Assembly: GCF_018977255.1 (NCBI RefSeq)
Contig: NW_024704742.1
Coordinates: forward strand, 92,878,001 to 92,942,000
Source of the DNA: Callorhinchus milii
Taxonomy: Eukaryota
DNA: 64,000 bases
Direction of reading: 5' to 3'
Shown here piece by piece: positions 24,237 through 36,214 of the stretch. The notes under the pieces were generated by a model. The model was given only the letters and a program-made list of their open reading frames with translations. It did no database searches and was not told the DNA's origin. A program made the translations under genes and the position numbers. Every line of letters starts with the position of its first letter. Position 1 is the first letter of the stretch.

Positions 24237-27200
24237 CACCTTAACTGGGACTTCAGAGCCTGACTGTTTTTCCAATCCTGGAGGCAGCATTTGCCTTCAT
24301 TTCGTCACCATTCTTACAGTTATGGAGTAGGTGGGGTAGGTGGGGGGTGGGGGAAGGTGTGAAATATAGTATGCAATGTGAGAATTGTCACCTGTGGTAA
24401 TTATCACTTAAACCAGTGCTGTCAAACTCAAATTAACACTGAGAGAAAGAAATGGCAGATCTATAATAAAAACGGACTCAACATAGATACAATACATAAC
24501 CGAAGATTGTGTAACTATATCCTGTCTCAGCACTGCAGATAAGTTTTTCTATGCAATCGTTATGTCTCATAGATGCACCCAGTCAATCAGGAACAAGCAA
24601 AGACCAAGAAGAGTATGTATGTACGATATATGATAATAAAGCTACCTTACAACATGTCCACAAAACATGTGTCGGATCCCACAAAGTGGGTGATTTTACA
24701 GTCTCCTCCTTCCCTACAGGAAGCAATAATACTACAAACCAAATGAATGCATCATTTAATCTTGGTGTTGTTTTGTGTTCATTAACTTGAGCAACAGGAA
24801 TATTGAAGAAAGGAAAGCATTTAAAGTGTATCACCCTATGGGGTGGAATTTGGCTGCCAAGCCAAACTAATTTCCCTTAGTGGTGTGAATTTATATTGGC
24901 ATTTTTCCTACAAAATACACCATCACTACACTTTACAGCAAATCCTGTGAGACCCTTGGAGATGTCCCACCAATGGACAAGGGGCTATAATAAATGCAAA
25001 GATTATTATTATTATTTCCATTAGCTTCCTCTACTGTGCCCTCAAAATGTGCCTGGACACCAACCAATTTAGTGGCAATTTGTCCTAAATTGTAACCAGC
25101 ATTGTACTTGTACCAGTGTGAGTTAGAGATTAGGTTAGGACTGCCAACCTTGTTTCATGTTGGACTGCTATAATGAACTGGATAGGAGTCCATCAGAACT
25201 GGAGTAAAGCCCAGATTCCAGTAATGAAAGGGCAGTGTGTGGACCCAGCATGTCACTTAGCCTCTTAAGCTAAACCTTTTTGTGCGATCTGACACTATCA
25301 ATATTTCAGAAATCTTTGCAACCAGACAAGGCCACAGTGCTTTTTTTTGTCAGCTGAAGCAGGATCTTGTATTGACACACTGAATCTTGTTCCAAATGAA
25401 GTTAAGCTGCAGCTATAGTTAACAGAGTAAGTTCTTGTTCCCATGAGCTTTAACAGAATTTCAAAAGCAGACAGAAATTTCAATTAATTAAAAACACAAC
25501 TTGTACAATTTTTTCTTTTCTTGTGGAAGCAATGCCCTCTGAATCCTAACAAATACAGCCTGTCTATTTGAACTTTGCCCATTCAACGAAGCAAGGGTTC
25601 TTTGACGAGAAAATACTCCCCTGCTTTCAGGGCTTGTTTCACACAAAGAGCATTTTATATAAACGTCTCACGTGAAACTGAACTGAGACAAATTCGATAA
25701 GTCAAATGTCTCTTAGGTTTTTTTTCATGATTTGGTTATCGACATTTCTCAAAGCATTCCCAGGCTTCTTGAACCTTTTTGAAGCATTTGGCCTTTGCTC
25801 CTTCCGAGATTCAGAGGGAAGAGAAAAAAAGGATGTACATCACAAAGTTAAAGAAATACATTAAAACTCAGCAACTTCAACCAGAGGGCTGTGGTTTTAC
25901 CATAGAAATGTAAATATTGAGGCAAATATGTTATAGAGATATAGATCACAATGAGTACTTCTGGTCCTGTCTAATCCTATGCTCCTTCTATGTGATAATC
26001 ACCCATCCCCCACCGGTTAGCATTAAATGCTTGAGTTTGATGACTCGAACGGTCTCCAGCTGAAGTTACTGGCTATGGAGTTTCAAAGGATTCTAAGTCT
26101 GTTACACCTCCAATTGGGAATGCTGCTCCAACTAAACCTATTTTCAGAGTGGGGTTCACTCAAGTTGGAATAAGGTTCGTGATGTACTGTTAGTTACTGC
26201 AAGACAGATTTGTTAATTAAAAAATACTGTAGTGCAACATTGACCCTAAAATCTGCAAAATTAATCTTACAAAAATTTTGCTTTGATTGGGACCCTTTGG
26301 AAGTTCAAAAACAGGAGACATAAATTTTGACCAGGTTCACCATTTGACCAGTCCTGCTCCAGTGATTGATCCACCTACTTTTAAAGAAGTGCAAAAAGCC
26401 TCTTGCTTCAAAATCATGCCCTCACCACACACACCTCAGCTCATCATAACTCACTTACACATGCCTGGCTCATAACCCAAACATAGCAATATGAATGTCC
26501 ATCGGTTTGCAACTCCATAATGCATCTGAATAAGAATGTTGATTTAGTAACAATTTGTGTTAAATTGCACAATGTTCTACTGTTGGATATGGGCTTAACT
26601 AAATTGACTAAAACTACAGTTAGGATCCAACTCCAGTTCATGGCCTGATCACCTTCTTGGTGTGACTGTTGAGAAGTGTGTCGTGGGGGGGAGGGGAGGT
26701 AATAGATCCTTCGTCCAGCAAACACAGGGACAAGTCATGTGTTGATTATCACAATCTCTAAATTCAGTGCAAAAGGCCAGAAATTCCCCAGACAATTCCT
26801 AATTCCATGGCTGTTAATTGACCCATTTTTTATTAATAATAAGCCTTGCATTTGATATAGTGCCTTATGCCCCCCATCCCGTCCACCCGTCCACCCCCCC
26901 CCCCCCCCACCTTGTAAATCGAGAGATTCACTGAGATGTTCTGGCTGTTGTCAGTCCTGGTGGTCTGCTCACAGGCGGGACGCTGAACTATTTATTTTCA
27001 GTTCTTATTATGCTGAGAATCGAAACCAGCGTGCTTGCTAGTCTCTGAGGTTCCGTCAACATCGTGATGATGTCAGACTTTCACACATGCACAAAACGTC
27101 CTCGAAAAATCATCTTGGCTTTCCTCACTACCTGAATAACAATAACAGAGGGGAAGTTGGGGTTATTGTGCTCCTAAACCTTTTAGCGGTTCTGCTCCTG

Positions 27201-27264
27201 TTATTTGGTTTTGCAGAGATCAACAAAATATAAATTTCTAATGGTTTTCACATGGATGGGTAAA

Positions 27265-27690
27265 AATGTCCCCCAAGTCTAGATGTACTCTATTATCAGA
27301 ACAGTGCAGAGTGTGCACAATTTGGCAAATCCTCAGTAATTCCTTCAAAAAAATAAGAATAAAAAGTATTAATTTGGTCACTCAATCCATGACTGTTTGT
27401 GGGACACTGCTGTGCGCAATTGGCTGCCACATTTTGCCCACAAAATATATCAGTCAGTTCACTTTACAGTATATTTTGTGAAGCACTTTGAAACGTCTCA
27501 AAGACGTGATAAGGTGTTATATCAAATGCAAGTATTATTATTTCATTTTGAAGCCGGTTTTCTGTAAGTGTTTCAAAGAGACTGCAGAAAATGGGCTTCA
27601 AGGTTAAAACTGAATTCAGCCATTTGCCAAATACTGCACGCTCCGAAATACTATGTCAATAAAATAAATTTAGACCCGAGTGAAACTTCA
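27265..27690. repeat. Palindromic element family A, interrupted by a + strand SINE (about 27335-27543)
   Basis: The flanks align with the left and right arms of the 62308-62534 palindrome. Confidence 0.65.
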
Positions 27691-28219
27691 GCACAGGGCT
27701 TTGGTGTTTGATGGCATTGTGAAACTTACACAATGATGCCACAACATTAGTGATCACACACTGATTCTGGTCGTTCTGTGGCTGAGATTTTTCATTATGG
27801 AATCTGAATTTCCCATTCCTATTAGGAGTCAAATTTGGAATCTGATCAGTGGCATATTTAAAGCCCAAGAAGCTAGCACGGGTCTACCAGTAAAGGTTTA
27901 ACTCAGCAGCTTCTGTTGTTATCCCATAATCTTCAGTAAAAATATTCGTAAATAGGACCGTGTCTCTTTTAGTTCAACAAAGCCATTTTAGGGCAATTAA
28001 ATTCACTGCCCATGTGCACACAAAACATCAACATTCATTGCTTGAATCAAATGTTCATGTCATGAGGGTAAAAGAGTTTTTTGTTTTTCAGGATTTATTT
28101 CATGATCAGAATGGTGTCTCAATGAAAAAATAGATGTGTGTTTATTTGGCTTTATCATGCATTCTTCATTTCAGATCAACAATACCAAGCAAAATAATAA
28201 AATCCTTGATTAAGACACC

Positions 28220-28225
28220 TTTATT
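28220..28225 (-). terminator. S1PR3: Probable S1PR3 polyadenylation signal
   Basis: TTTATT on + (AATAAA on -) with a T-rich downstream element on the - strand. An alternative hexamer lies at 28802-28807. Confidence 0.55.
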
Positions 28226-28633
28226 TGAAAACTAGAACATACATGACTTCTACGCTGGCACTTTTACACATAAGCACAGGCATGGCTCATCTGCACCATT
28301 GTAAGTGGCACACTACATTGAAAACTACGCTGTAATAACATTGCACTGTACAAAGCTAGGAGTGTTCCTTAAATAACGAAAGCCATTTTTGTAAAACAAC
28401 AAAGCTGCAAATAACAGATTGTTGCCAAAAGCACAGGTATAGTACATGCACTGCATAAAAGCTAGCATCGACATGCTTCTGCTTGCAGAGTATGTGCCAT
28501 TTGTAGGGAGGAAGTACACCATTCACACTGCTGCTGTACCGACTTAAGATACTGAAAAAGTTAACACTGACACTGTCATCACCAGTGCAGAGTATCAAAT
28601 GGCGTCTTCTCAACCAAACATGTATTCAGGTTC

Positions 28634-28721
28634 AGTCAATGGATAAACAATGCATTCAGTTTACAACACACATATAGAGTCAATGGATACACAATGTATT
28701 CAGTTTGCCATACACATGTGC
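28634..28721. repeat. Two-copy 44-bp tandem duplication in the inferred S1PR3 3' UTR
   Basis: agtcaatggataaacaatgcattcagttt... and agtcaatggatacacaatgtattcagttt... start at 28634 and 28678. Confidence 0.8.
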
Positions 28722-30104
28722 AGGATTCAACACATAAGACATGCACACTCCATAATGAGTGATTTGACATCTTTTAACTATTTGTAAGATCCAAATGTAC
28801 ATTTATTGCTTATTGTCATTAGGTACACATGCTTTGGGAGAGGGAGTGCCAGTAATCCAATACTGGTTTTGTAAGTGGTTGTTTTTGCTGACAGGAAATG
28901 CACACTCAAACAACAGTGACTAGGTGGTAAAGGGCAAAGTTGACACTTTAAGAAATATTTACCTACCCAGTCAATGCAAGCCCAACAGATAGAGCTAACC
29001 ACATTGCAATTACCAGCATTCTTGAATGCCACTGATTCAAAGGGACAATGAATCATATCACTGGGAATTAGTAAGTCTGCAACTTCTGTTACAAAACTGT
29101 CCTTAGGTGCGTAAAGCATCCTATTTTTTTGGTATGGCACTTTCTTTTGCTTGTTTTCATGCGATTCAATTACATCTCATTCAAATCTTTCCAATATTCA
29201 AATGTGCCACACAATCAGATCACCCTATATTTATATAAAAAAACACATAATATTACAATGTGAGTCAGTAATGAGAGGGCACAAATCTAAGAAAATTACA
29301 GAGGGCAAGTCAGAAAAACATCATCTAACTCAACAGGCGTTTACAACACGGAACACTGTGCCACAAACCATAGTTGAAGTGGAGGTTATTTTTCTTGTTT
29401 TCCCATGCTTATGATAGTGTGGGACTTAGATAGATGCTTAAAGAGGAGAGCATAAGTAACTACCAGAAGAATAGGATTAGACAAGGTGGCTCATATGGAG
29501 AAAATCACCAGGGTAAAACGTGATAGACTGAATGGTCTATTGCTCTATAGTAATTGTGATTCTACTGTGTAAACGTTACAAATTTGCAACTTGCAGTAGG
29601 TCAGATTCTCTGAACTTGTATAACAAAACATGTTGGTGAAGCTCATAATTCCTTATCTGGTACAACACTCTCAGAAACACTGGCTGTGTTGAACACTGAG
29701 CTGATGCTCTGAAGTTTATGATTATCATTACTTTTTCCCACTGGAAATTGAGACTGTGGGTGGAGACAGGGCAAAGGGCAGGTGCGAGTGAGCCTGACAA
29801 AATCTCTGAAGGGTAAGAAATACGTGCAATGTTCTCTTGTTTTCACAATAACATGCTTATGATATTGTGGGACTCGTAACACAAATAAGTAAAAACTCAT
29901 TGTACAATATGCAATAATATCTAAGCATTCAATATGAACGTACATATACCTAAAGGAAACCAAAGAACTTTGCAAAGTTCTGGAGTCTTAAAAAAAATTA
30001 GTGTTTGAAGGTAGCTAAGAGTTTAAAAAAAATAATAATTTAAGTTCACAAGAGGTGAGAAGTTAATAATACTGTTTAATAAGGCACGTTAGCTTACAAC
30101 CAGC

Positions 30105-31238
30105 TCACAGTTCTCCATTGGTCATTGATTGATTCATTGCCTTGATTACACTTGATGGGGTAATGATTTGCGAGAGCTCTGCTTCCTTTGGCTTCTGTGA
30201 ATTGCTACTATTGGACTTGCTTTTTTCTCCGCCTGGTTGACTTGGCAACGATTTGGCTACTTTGGTATTGACCAGACAGCCACAGAGGAGGCGGAAGAAG
30301 GCCCGGCGCATCTCCTTGCTGGCCAGGGTGTAAATGATGGGATTCATGGCAGAATTGAGGACCGCTACTGCAATAAACCAATCTTCTTTATAAAGAATGC
30401 TGCAATCGTTGGGCTTACAGGCCACATCGAGTAGTAAGAGAACAAAAAGCGGGGCCCAGCAGGCGATGAAGACTCCTACCACGATCACTACTGTCCTCAG
30501 TAAAGCCATCGATCTCTCCGAGTTGTTCTTTGAGAATTTTCTGTTCAAAACTTTGCGGCCACTTGTTTTCACCAGTATGTAAATACGAGCATAAAGTATC
30601 ACGATGGCCAGCAGAATTGCGCTAAAGATGCCGATACAAAAGACAACATACATTTTGGAGTACAGAGGTAAGACGGTTGAGCAATCGTGGAGGTTGCAGA
30701 TACAGTTCCAACCGAGGATGGGCAAGGCACCAAGTAAAATGGAAATCAGCCAGGAGGCGCCAATGAGGAGGAAAACTCTGTACTTTTTACTAGCGTCATA
30801 GGGTCTCATTTTTATCATGGTCATGTGCCTCTCAATTGCTATCGCTAGCAGGCTGAAGGTAGAGGCGCCCAAGGCTACAAACATGCTACCTTCTCTCAAA
30901 AACCATACCAGTGGTGTCAGACTAAATGTCTTATCACCGGACATTAGGATGTTCACTTTATAAGCTATTCCTGCCAGAAGATCAGACAGGGCTAAATTAC
31001 CAATAAAGTAGTACATGCGATTGTGAAACTTATTGTTTTTCCATATAGCGAGTAGTACCATTAGGTTCTCAAAGACTATGAAACTGCAGATAATCAAAAA
31101 TGCCACATTTGTTAGCCCCATCCCATCAGTATTCTCTCTCTTGTTTAATTTCCCAGTATAGTTATAATGCTGCTGAATGAGGTCAGTTTTGACACATCCA
31201 TTGATGGTCGAGTCAACAGGTGGAGATATTAATATCAT
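30105..31238 (-). CDS. S1PR3: Sphingosine-1-phosphate receptor 3 (class A GPCR, 377 aa, intronless CDS)
   Basis: Seven hydrophobic segments; [25 protein letters not shown] (ligand-binding R/E pair), ERH in place of [16 protein letters not shown] and [17 protein letters not shown], all S1PR3-type. Adjacent and convergent to SHC3. Confidence 0.97.
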   Translation of the reverse strand: MILISPPVDSTINGCVKTDLIQQHYNYTGKLNKRENTDGMGLTNVAFLIICSFIVFENLMVLLAIWKNNKFHNRMYYFIGNLALSDLLAGIAYKVNILMSGDKTFSLTPLVWFLREGSMFVALGASTFSLLAIAIERHMTMIKMRPYDASKKYRVFLLIGASWLISILLGALPILGWNCICNLHDCSTVLPLYSKMYVVFCIGIFSAILLAIVILYARIYILVKTSGRKVLNRKFSKNNSERSMALLRTVVIVVGVFIACWAPLFVLLLLDVACKPNDCSILYKEDWFIAVAVLNSAMNPIIYTLASKEMRRAFFRLLCGCLVNTKVAKSLPSQPGGEKSKSNSSNSQKPKEAELSQIITPSSVIKAMNQSMTNGEL

Positions 31239-31328
31239 GATGGTTCTTGCAGTGTCAAATCTTCTTCACTAGATGGAGGCTTTGAGTCATTGTTAAAACA
31301 AGGAGGCTTCAATCCAATTTTTCACATG
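31239..31328 (-). other. S1PR3: S1PR3 5' UTR part of the coding exon, with splice acceptor at 31329
   Basis: Minus strand reads ccttttctttactctgtgtttgtccacag|CATG: a strong polypyrimidine tract plus CAG, 90 nt above the start codon. Confidence 0.75.
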
Positions 31329-31998
31329 CTGTGGACAAACACAGAGTAAAGAAAAGGCATGAATTTTAAAAGCCAGTTACAAAATCTGAAGGTAAAATTT
31401 CATCAATGTGATGCTGCGTTTCAGTAGCAACCAGGAAAGGGTGCTTGCATTAATGCCTATCGATTTTGGCAAGATCACCAAGGATTTGTAACAAAACTCC
31501 CTTCAAGTGGTACATAAAGTGCATTCAGAGGATGCTATTAGCACATTGAATAATTAACTCTAAGTGCACAATTCACCTCGCAGTGTAGCACTTAATAAAA
31601 CCCAAATGCTGGATAGTTTTTCTATCCTGAAAAGTCCTCATGGATTAGGAAAAAACAATGATGGGAATTTAAGATTATAAGAGATTTGGAAATATGCGAC
31701 ATGTCTGAATATGAAAAGGTGATTTCTTTCATGTTGGACTATATTCAGGACTGATTTACATTTTGCAACTAAGGTAGTTTATTTCAGCTGTCACATGGAA
31801 AGGCATTGTTACAATGAGGATCAGAGGAGGAAGTCAATCTTTTTGCAATGTCTTTCAACATTTCTTATTATCCTTGGATTTGATATAACATCTTATCACA
31901 TCATTGAAACATCTCAAAGCTCTTCACATGATTTTTTTTACTGTGAAGCGTAGTGGCCGTGTATTTGTAGATGAATAATAAAGAAACATTCGATTGTG

Positions 31999-32302
31999 GA
32001 GTCCTGTAGCTCAGTGGTCACAGCACTCGCTTTGCAAGAGACACACCTGAGCTCAATTCCAGGCAGGGCGAAACCTTGGGCAAGTTTCCTTACTCCACAC
32101 ACCTCCAAAACAAAAAAAAATTATAAATTGGTCATTTTCAATCCACGATTGTTTGTGGGACACTGCTGTGTGCAATTGGCTGCCATATTTTGCCCACAAA
32201 TATACAGTCAATTCACTTTACAGTCTATTCTGTGAAGCGCTTTGAGATGTCTAGAAGACGTGAAAAGCGCTATATCGAATGCAAGGATTATTGTTATTAT
32301 TA
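31999..32302 (+). mobile_element. Full-length SINE in the inferred S1PR3 intron
   Basis: gagtcctgtagctcagtgg head through to the (tta)n tail. Confidence 0.9.
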
Positions 32303-32819
32303 TAAAGTTAAATTCTGCTAAATTAATTGCTAAATCAACATCATTCATCAATGATGATTTTACTTGAAATTTGCTCAAATAATAAATAATTGCAGCCAGT
32401 TTGCAGATATTCACAGCCAAGCTCATTCATTTGCAATTCAGCATAAAACAACATAAACTATTTTGAGCAATGTAATACAATTTGCATTTATACAGGACCA
32501 TTCAAATCAAGAGGAGTTGCAAAATTCTTATACTCCAAAGCAAATTCACCATTGTTCTTCAAAAGTGATTGGATCTATGTAATGTGCCGGCTGCTGTTTT
32601 CAAATAGCTTTTTAGAGACTTTCATGCATTAAGCATTAGAAATAGGATAAATGGAGAATATTTAATTTCATGTATTGAAACAATCTATTTATCTATTATA
32701 ATAATAATCCTTAATAATAATATTGCATTTGATATAGCGCCTTATCATGTCGTAGAGATGTCTCAAAGCACTTCACAGGATATACTGTAAAGTAAATTGA
32801 CTGGTATTTTGTGAGGAAA

Positions 32820-32820
<1 letters not shown>

Positions 32821-32914
<94 letters not shown>

Positions 32915-32932
32915 CATCTATCCATCTATCCA
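32821..32932. repeat. (TCTA)23 microsatellite followed by alternating TCCA/TCTA units
   Basis: Read directly; abuts a minus-strand SINE fragment at 32700-32820. Confidence 0.97.
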
Positions 32933-33142
32933 ATCTAAAAATACATAAAACCAAATAAATACTTATTAATGCGATGACACATTCAACCTTTATGTCTTGT
33001 AATTATTTGTGAAGTACGGAATAAATTTAAACAAAAAGTATAAGATTAAACATATAAGATCATAACAGAAATGGAATGACTACAAAATAATTTGAGCTGG
33101 AAATAAGTGAACATGAAGACAAGATAGAGAATGAAGACTCAC

Positions 33143-33760
33143 CTTTTATACTATTCATTTTTTGCAGGAACATTTCACAGGTCAGTGATGAAGGGGCCAC
33201 TTGCTGCACAATGTGGTGATCACTGTTTTGTGGTGCCAAATTTTTAGTTTCCTCAGACTCAAAGACTCCCTCGTTTTCTTCCAGTCAATTTCACAATTTT
33301 TGTTGAAGTCTTTTCATATTCTTTTCTCAAATGCACTTCTTTTGAAGACTCCGCTTAACAGTTGTAAGAAGCTCTCTTTAAAACATTGCTCATGCTGCAG
33401 GGTCAGACTCAATCCTGAATCTAAAACTTTTCCAAGTTGCTTGTTGTTATAGCAATCTTTATGTTGTCTTGTACTCTTCAGGAGATGCTGTCAAGTTTCT
33501 TGACACTCTTGTGCTTTCCTCCCAGAGTTTTGCATGAAAAGCTTTTGGACTACAATCTACACAGGCAAATCTTCTGGTGTTGAATTCTCTGTTCTATTAC
33601 TTTTTTTTCCTTTTCTCAGCCACTGTCTCTTTAACAGCATTAATTAAAAAAAAACGTACTTAATCTTTGCAGTGTTCCTTTTATACTACTCCTTAGTAAT
33701 ATCTCTGCTGTTTCACTCCAAAGGCCTGTTGCTATTTTCTTGGTCGCTCTCAGACTGACT
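33143..33760 (-). other. S1PR3: Putative non-coding first exon of S1PR3
   Basis: Consensus donor AAG|GTGAGT on - at 33143/33142; no recognisable repeat across the interval; promoter motifs at the upper end. The start coordinate is inferred from TATA spacing. Confidence 0.5.
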
Positions 33761-33882
33761 GTGCTGCTTGAAGTTCTCCTCTTATTATATTCCTGTCAGC
33801 CTGGTCTTTCTGTCAGTCTGTTTCTGAGTCAATGCCAGGTCCCGCCCCCAAAGGCAGTTTTTATTTTGCTTGTGTGACGTGC
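33750..33882 (-). promoter_or_regulatory. S1PR3: Putative S1PR3 core and proximal promoter
   Basis: TATAATAA on - (33782-33789) about 30 nt from an Inr-like TCAGT (33754-33758); AP-1 site TGAGTCA 33825-33831; GC box CCCGCCCC 33841-33848; CRE-like TGACGT 33875-33880. Confidence 0.55.
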
Positions 33883-35973
33883 TTATGAAAGAAGTATAGG
33901 ATAGAGAAATGTACAGACACTCAGAATGTGTGTGTGGGTGTGAGAACAATACACATGAAAATTGATGCAAGAGTGTAAGAAAGCGTACCAGGCAGTTGCG
34001 GCTTTATTCCCACCTTTTTATGCTGAAAATTCTTAGTCTTGTCGGTTGTGGTAAAATATTAACCGTTGGAGAGAAGAGGAAGAAAGAGATATGTACAAAG
34101 ACTATTATCTTTGTCTCTAAGGCACTCCAAAACATTATCCAACGTGAAGGGCACTATATAAATGCAACTTTTGAGTGATGAAGCAGAGAGAAAGTAAAGT
34201 GGAGAGAGGAGGGATTATCAGGTCTAATTTGCAGTTATCACAAATTCATTTCTAAATAGTAAATCCTGCAGGTACCCAGGTGAGTTTCAAGCTGAACTCG
34301 GCTCAGACTTTGATCTTCTTGTTGATTTCCATGAAACCATGTGGTGAAAGGAAGCTCCTGGTGCTTTGTAGCTGATGATTAAGTGTAGATCATCGTTTGA
34401 AACTTCATCTCGGGGCGATCTTACAGCTTGCTCTCGAGCCTTCCATTTTTAACCCCTTGCAAACCCTACAAAAGTTTCTATATTGTTGCAGACACGTGAC
34501 ATGCACATTTTGTTGCCACATTTGTTCACTTATACAGGATTTTTAAAAATATATTGTCATTAGATCTGATTTTATCTTGTGCAAATGCAATGTAATCTGT
34601 ATTGAGTTACCTGATGTCTGCCAAGCCAGCAGTAGAGGGTGGTTGTGGAGCTATGATTGGCCTCTCCATCTCTTGGATGGGGAGCTGGGAAGAATTAACA
34701 CATTCAAGTTGCTATCTGGTGACCATTGGTGGAAAGTGGACTTGTGCGGATGTCAGATGAGAACAATATCAAGGTCCGAATTTTCTCTCCGTAGCTCAGG
34801 GTCCTGACATCAATTGTACTGCTGCTGCTACAGCCTTGGCTGAGATTAGTCAATTTAGCAGGAATTTGAACCTGGGAGCTTCAAGGTCTGTACGGTTCAA
34901 TTTACACTAGGTAGTGACATTGAAGGAGAGTGTAGATGATGTACCAGGCAGTTGAGGCTTTATTCTCGCCTTTTTATGCTGAAAATTTTTAGTCTTGTTG
35001 CTTGTGGTAAAATATTAACTATTATATTATCTAACATGTAGAAACGCAATGTGTGCCAGCTCACAATAGGAGATGTAATATTGCCCACTAGAGATATGAC
35101 GTGCAGTTTTGGAAACAGAATGTCCCTGATATCCTTATTAATTGGTGTTGCAAAATTTTTGTCCCTTCTGTAACAACATCTTACCAAAGGAACAAAATGT
35201 TATTTTAATGAGGCTTGTTGTCTGTGTTGTGTTTATATTAATCACATTTTGATGACGTTATGAGGTCAAGAGTGGAGCAAGTTCAAGAAACTGAGTAAAT
35301 ACTTAACATATGGACACAATATAAGATAATTAAATATATATCTAGAAGAAGAAAATATTTATAGGAGTACGGGGAAAAGGCAGGTAAATGGGACTGAACA
35401 AATTGCTCTTTAAAGATCTACGCTGGGCTGAATGGTCGGTCTTCAGTGCTGTACATTACTATGAGCCTCTGGAATGTGGATACTTGAGATGGTTTAAGAT
35501 ACATTTCATTCATTATTTAAGAAATGTAACATTGAAATGTAGTGAATAGTATGCCATCAACATTTAATGGGAACACTTAGACATGGTAGGATATTGCTCT
35601 ACGAAATTGTTCATAGTGTTAAAGGAGAAGGATTTGCAAAAGAGACAGTGCTTTACATTCATTATCATATATTTTTCTGTCAAATGCAAAGAGGGTGGAA
35701 TTTCTTCGGAAGTGCAAACATTTTTATTATCCACACACACACATGGAGGTAATGAGCTAGGATAAGTTAATGGTAGCTGAGTCTATGGTACTAGCTTTTC
35801 TCAGTTTGAACATCCATCCATCAAAAGTAATCTGGGCACGTTATCTGGGTTAATTACAGAGCTGTCCCTAGCTTGAATTTTTGGAACAACTCAATGATCT
35901 ACAAAGAAACCAGAAATGGAAGGTTTCAGGAAAGAGGGGTCAGAATTAAAAGCATTCATTTCTCCTTCGAGAC

Positions 35974-36214
35974 CAGGGGTTCCCAAACATTCTGGGCTCA
36001 ATCTCCCCCAGCTCCCCCCACATACACACACAGCATATTAGATACCTTGATTGAAGACCCTTTCTTCCCAACTCGGGCTGCACATGCTTCCTGCAGCGCA
36101 GTGAGGCCTCACTCCTCTTTCATAGATTCCTACAAAAGACTGCCCTGAACTTTGCAATGAAACCATGGGAGCACTCCTTCCAGGATTCCATGGACCCCAG
36201 TTTGGAAAACCCTG
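35974..36214. mobile_element. hAT-Charlie MITE
   Basis: Terminal inverted repeats caggggttcccaaac and gtttggaaaaccctg; TSD ttcgagac / ttctagac (7/8), fitting the NTCTAGAN target preference. Confidence 0.85.

Noticed and set aside
30237..30801. Three short + strand ORFs
   Set aside because: Antisense shadows of the S1PR3 coding sequence with no independent evidence.
33679..33685. Second TATAAAA on the - strand
   Set aside because: Further from the AP-1/GC-box/CRE cluster than the 33782 element; kept only as an alternative start.
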